A stretch of 64,000 bases of DNA from Vicugna vicugna (Eukaryota), in assembly GCA_013265495.1 (NCBI GenBank), contig MU057632.1:294054-358053 (forward strand). The letters run 5' to 3'. Made by a program: the position numbers and the translations under genes. Shown here piece by piece: positions 63,912 through 64,000 of the stretch. The notes beneath the pieces are model-generated. The model was not told the origin of the DNA. It ran no database searches and was given only the letters and a program-made list of their open reading frames with translations. The stretch's first letter is position 1; every line of letters starts with the position of its first letter.

Positions 63912-64000
63912 TACAGAGGTTTATTTTGTAAACTAATTTGATGGTAACCTTCCAGCATACTATATAAGAAGTAAAGGAATTCATACAACAACATGCATAG

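Noticed and set aside
1..64000. Protein-coding genes from the ORF track
   Set aside because: All ORFs are 158 aa or shorter, many start at non-ATG codons, none resembles a cellular protein I recognise, and there is no consistent exon chain.
1..64000. CRISPR array, operon or other prokaryote-like system
   Set aside because: The sequence is mammalian; the recurring ~15-bp direct repeats are pairwise TSDs, not a regularly spaced array.

Overview
Mammalian genomic DNA, AT-rich and repeat-dense. It is most likely camelid (alpaca/llama/camel), because it carries ten copies of a tRNA-Ala(AGC)-derived SINE, most with the 'aaataaataaacctaattacctcccc' tail typical of Vic-1. I cannot support any protein-coding gene: the listed ORFs are chance ORFs or derive from SINE, L1 or simple-repeat sequence, so the window looks intergenic or deep-intronic. 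Recognisable content: ten Vic-1-like SINEs, many 5'-truncated L1 3' ends (most with visible target-site duplications), older L1M, L2, L3 and MIR fragments, hAT fossils (MER20, MER81, MER53, MER63, MER5-like) and one ERV1-type solo LTR. The more interesting observations are: (i) a ~1 kb decayed mariner DD34D-type transposase (27900-28955) mostly missed by the ORF track; (ii) a ~490 bp non-repeat retro-insertion with a 19-bp TSD and a polyA signal (26235-26759); (iii) a young SINE containing a TSD-flanked chimera of two different L1 3' fragments (608-1093); (iv) a three-element MER63/LTR/L1 nest; (v) a CTCF site with its upstream module; (vi) a speculative TATA promoter plus an ATG-bearing mini-exon near 4.7-5.95 kb. 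I found no convincing new biological system. Repeat family names come from recalled consensus similarity, not a database search, and boundaries of old elements are approximate.
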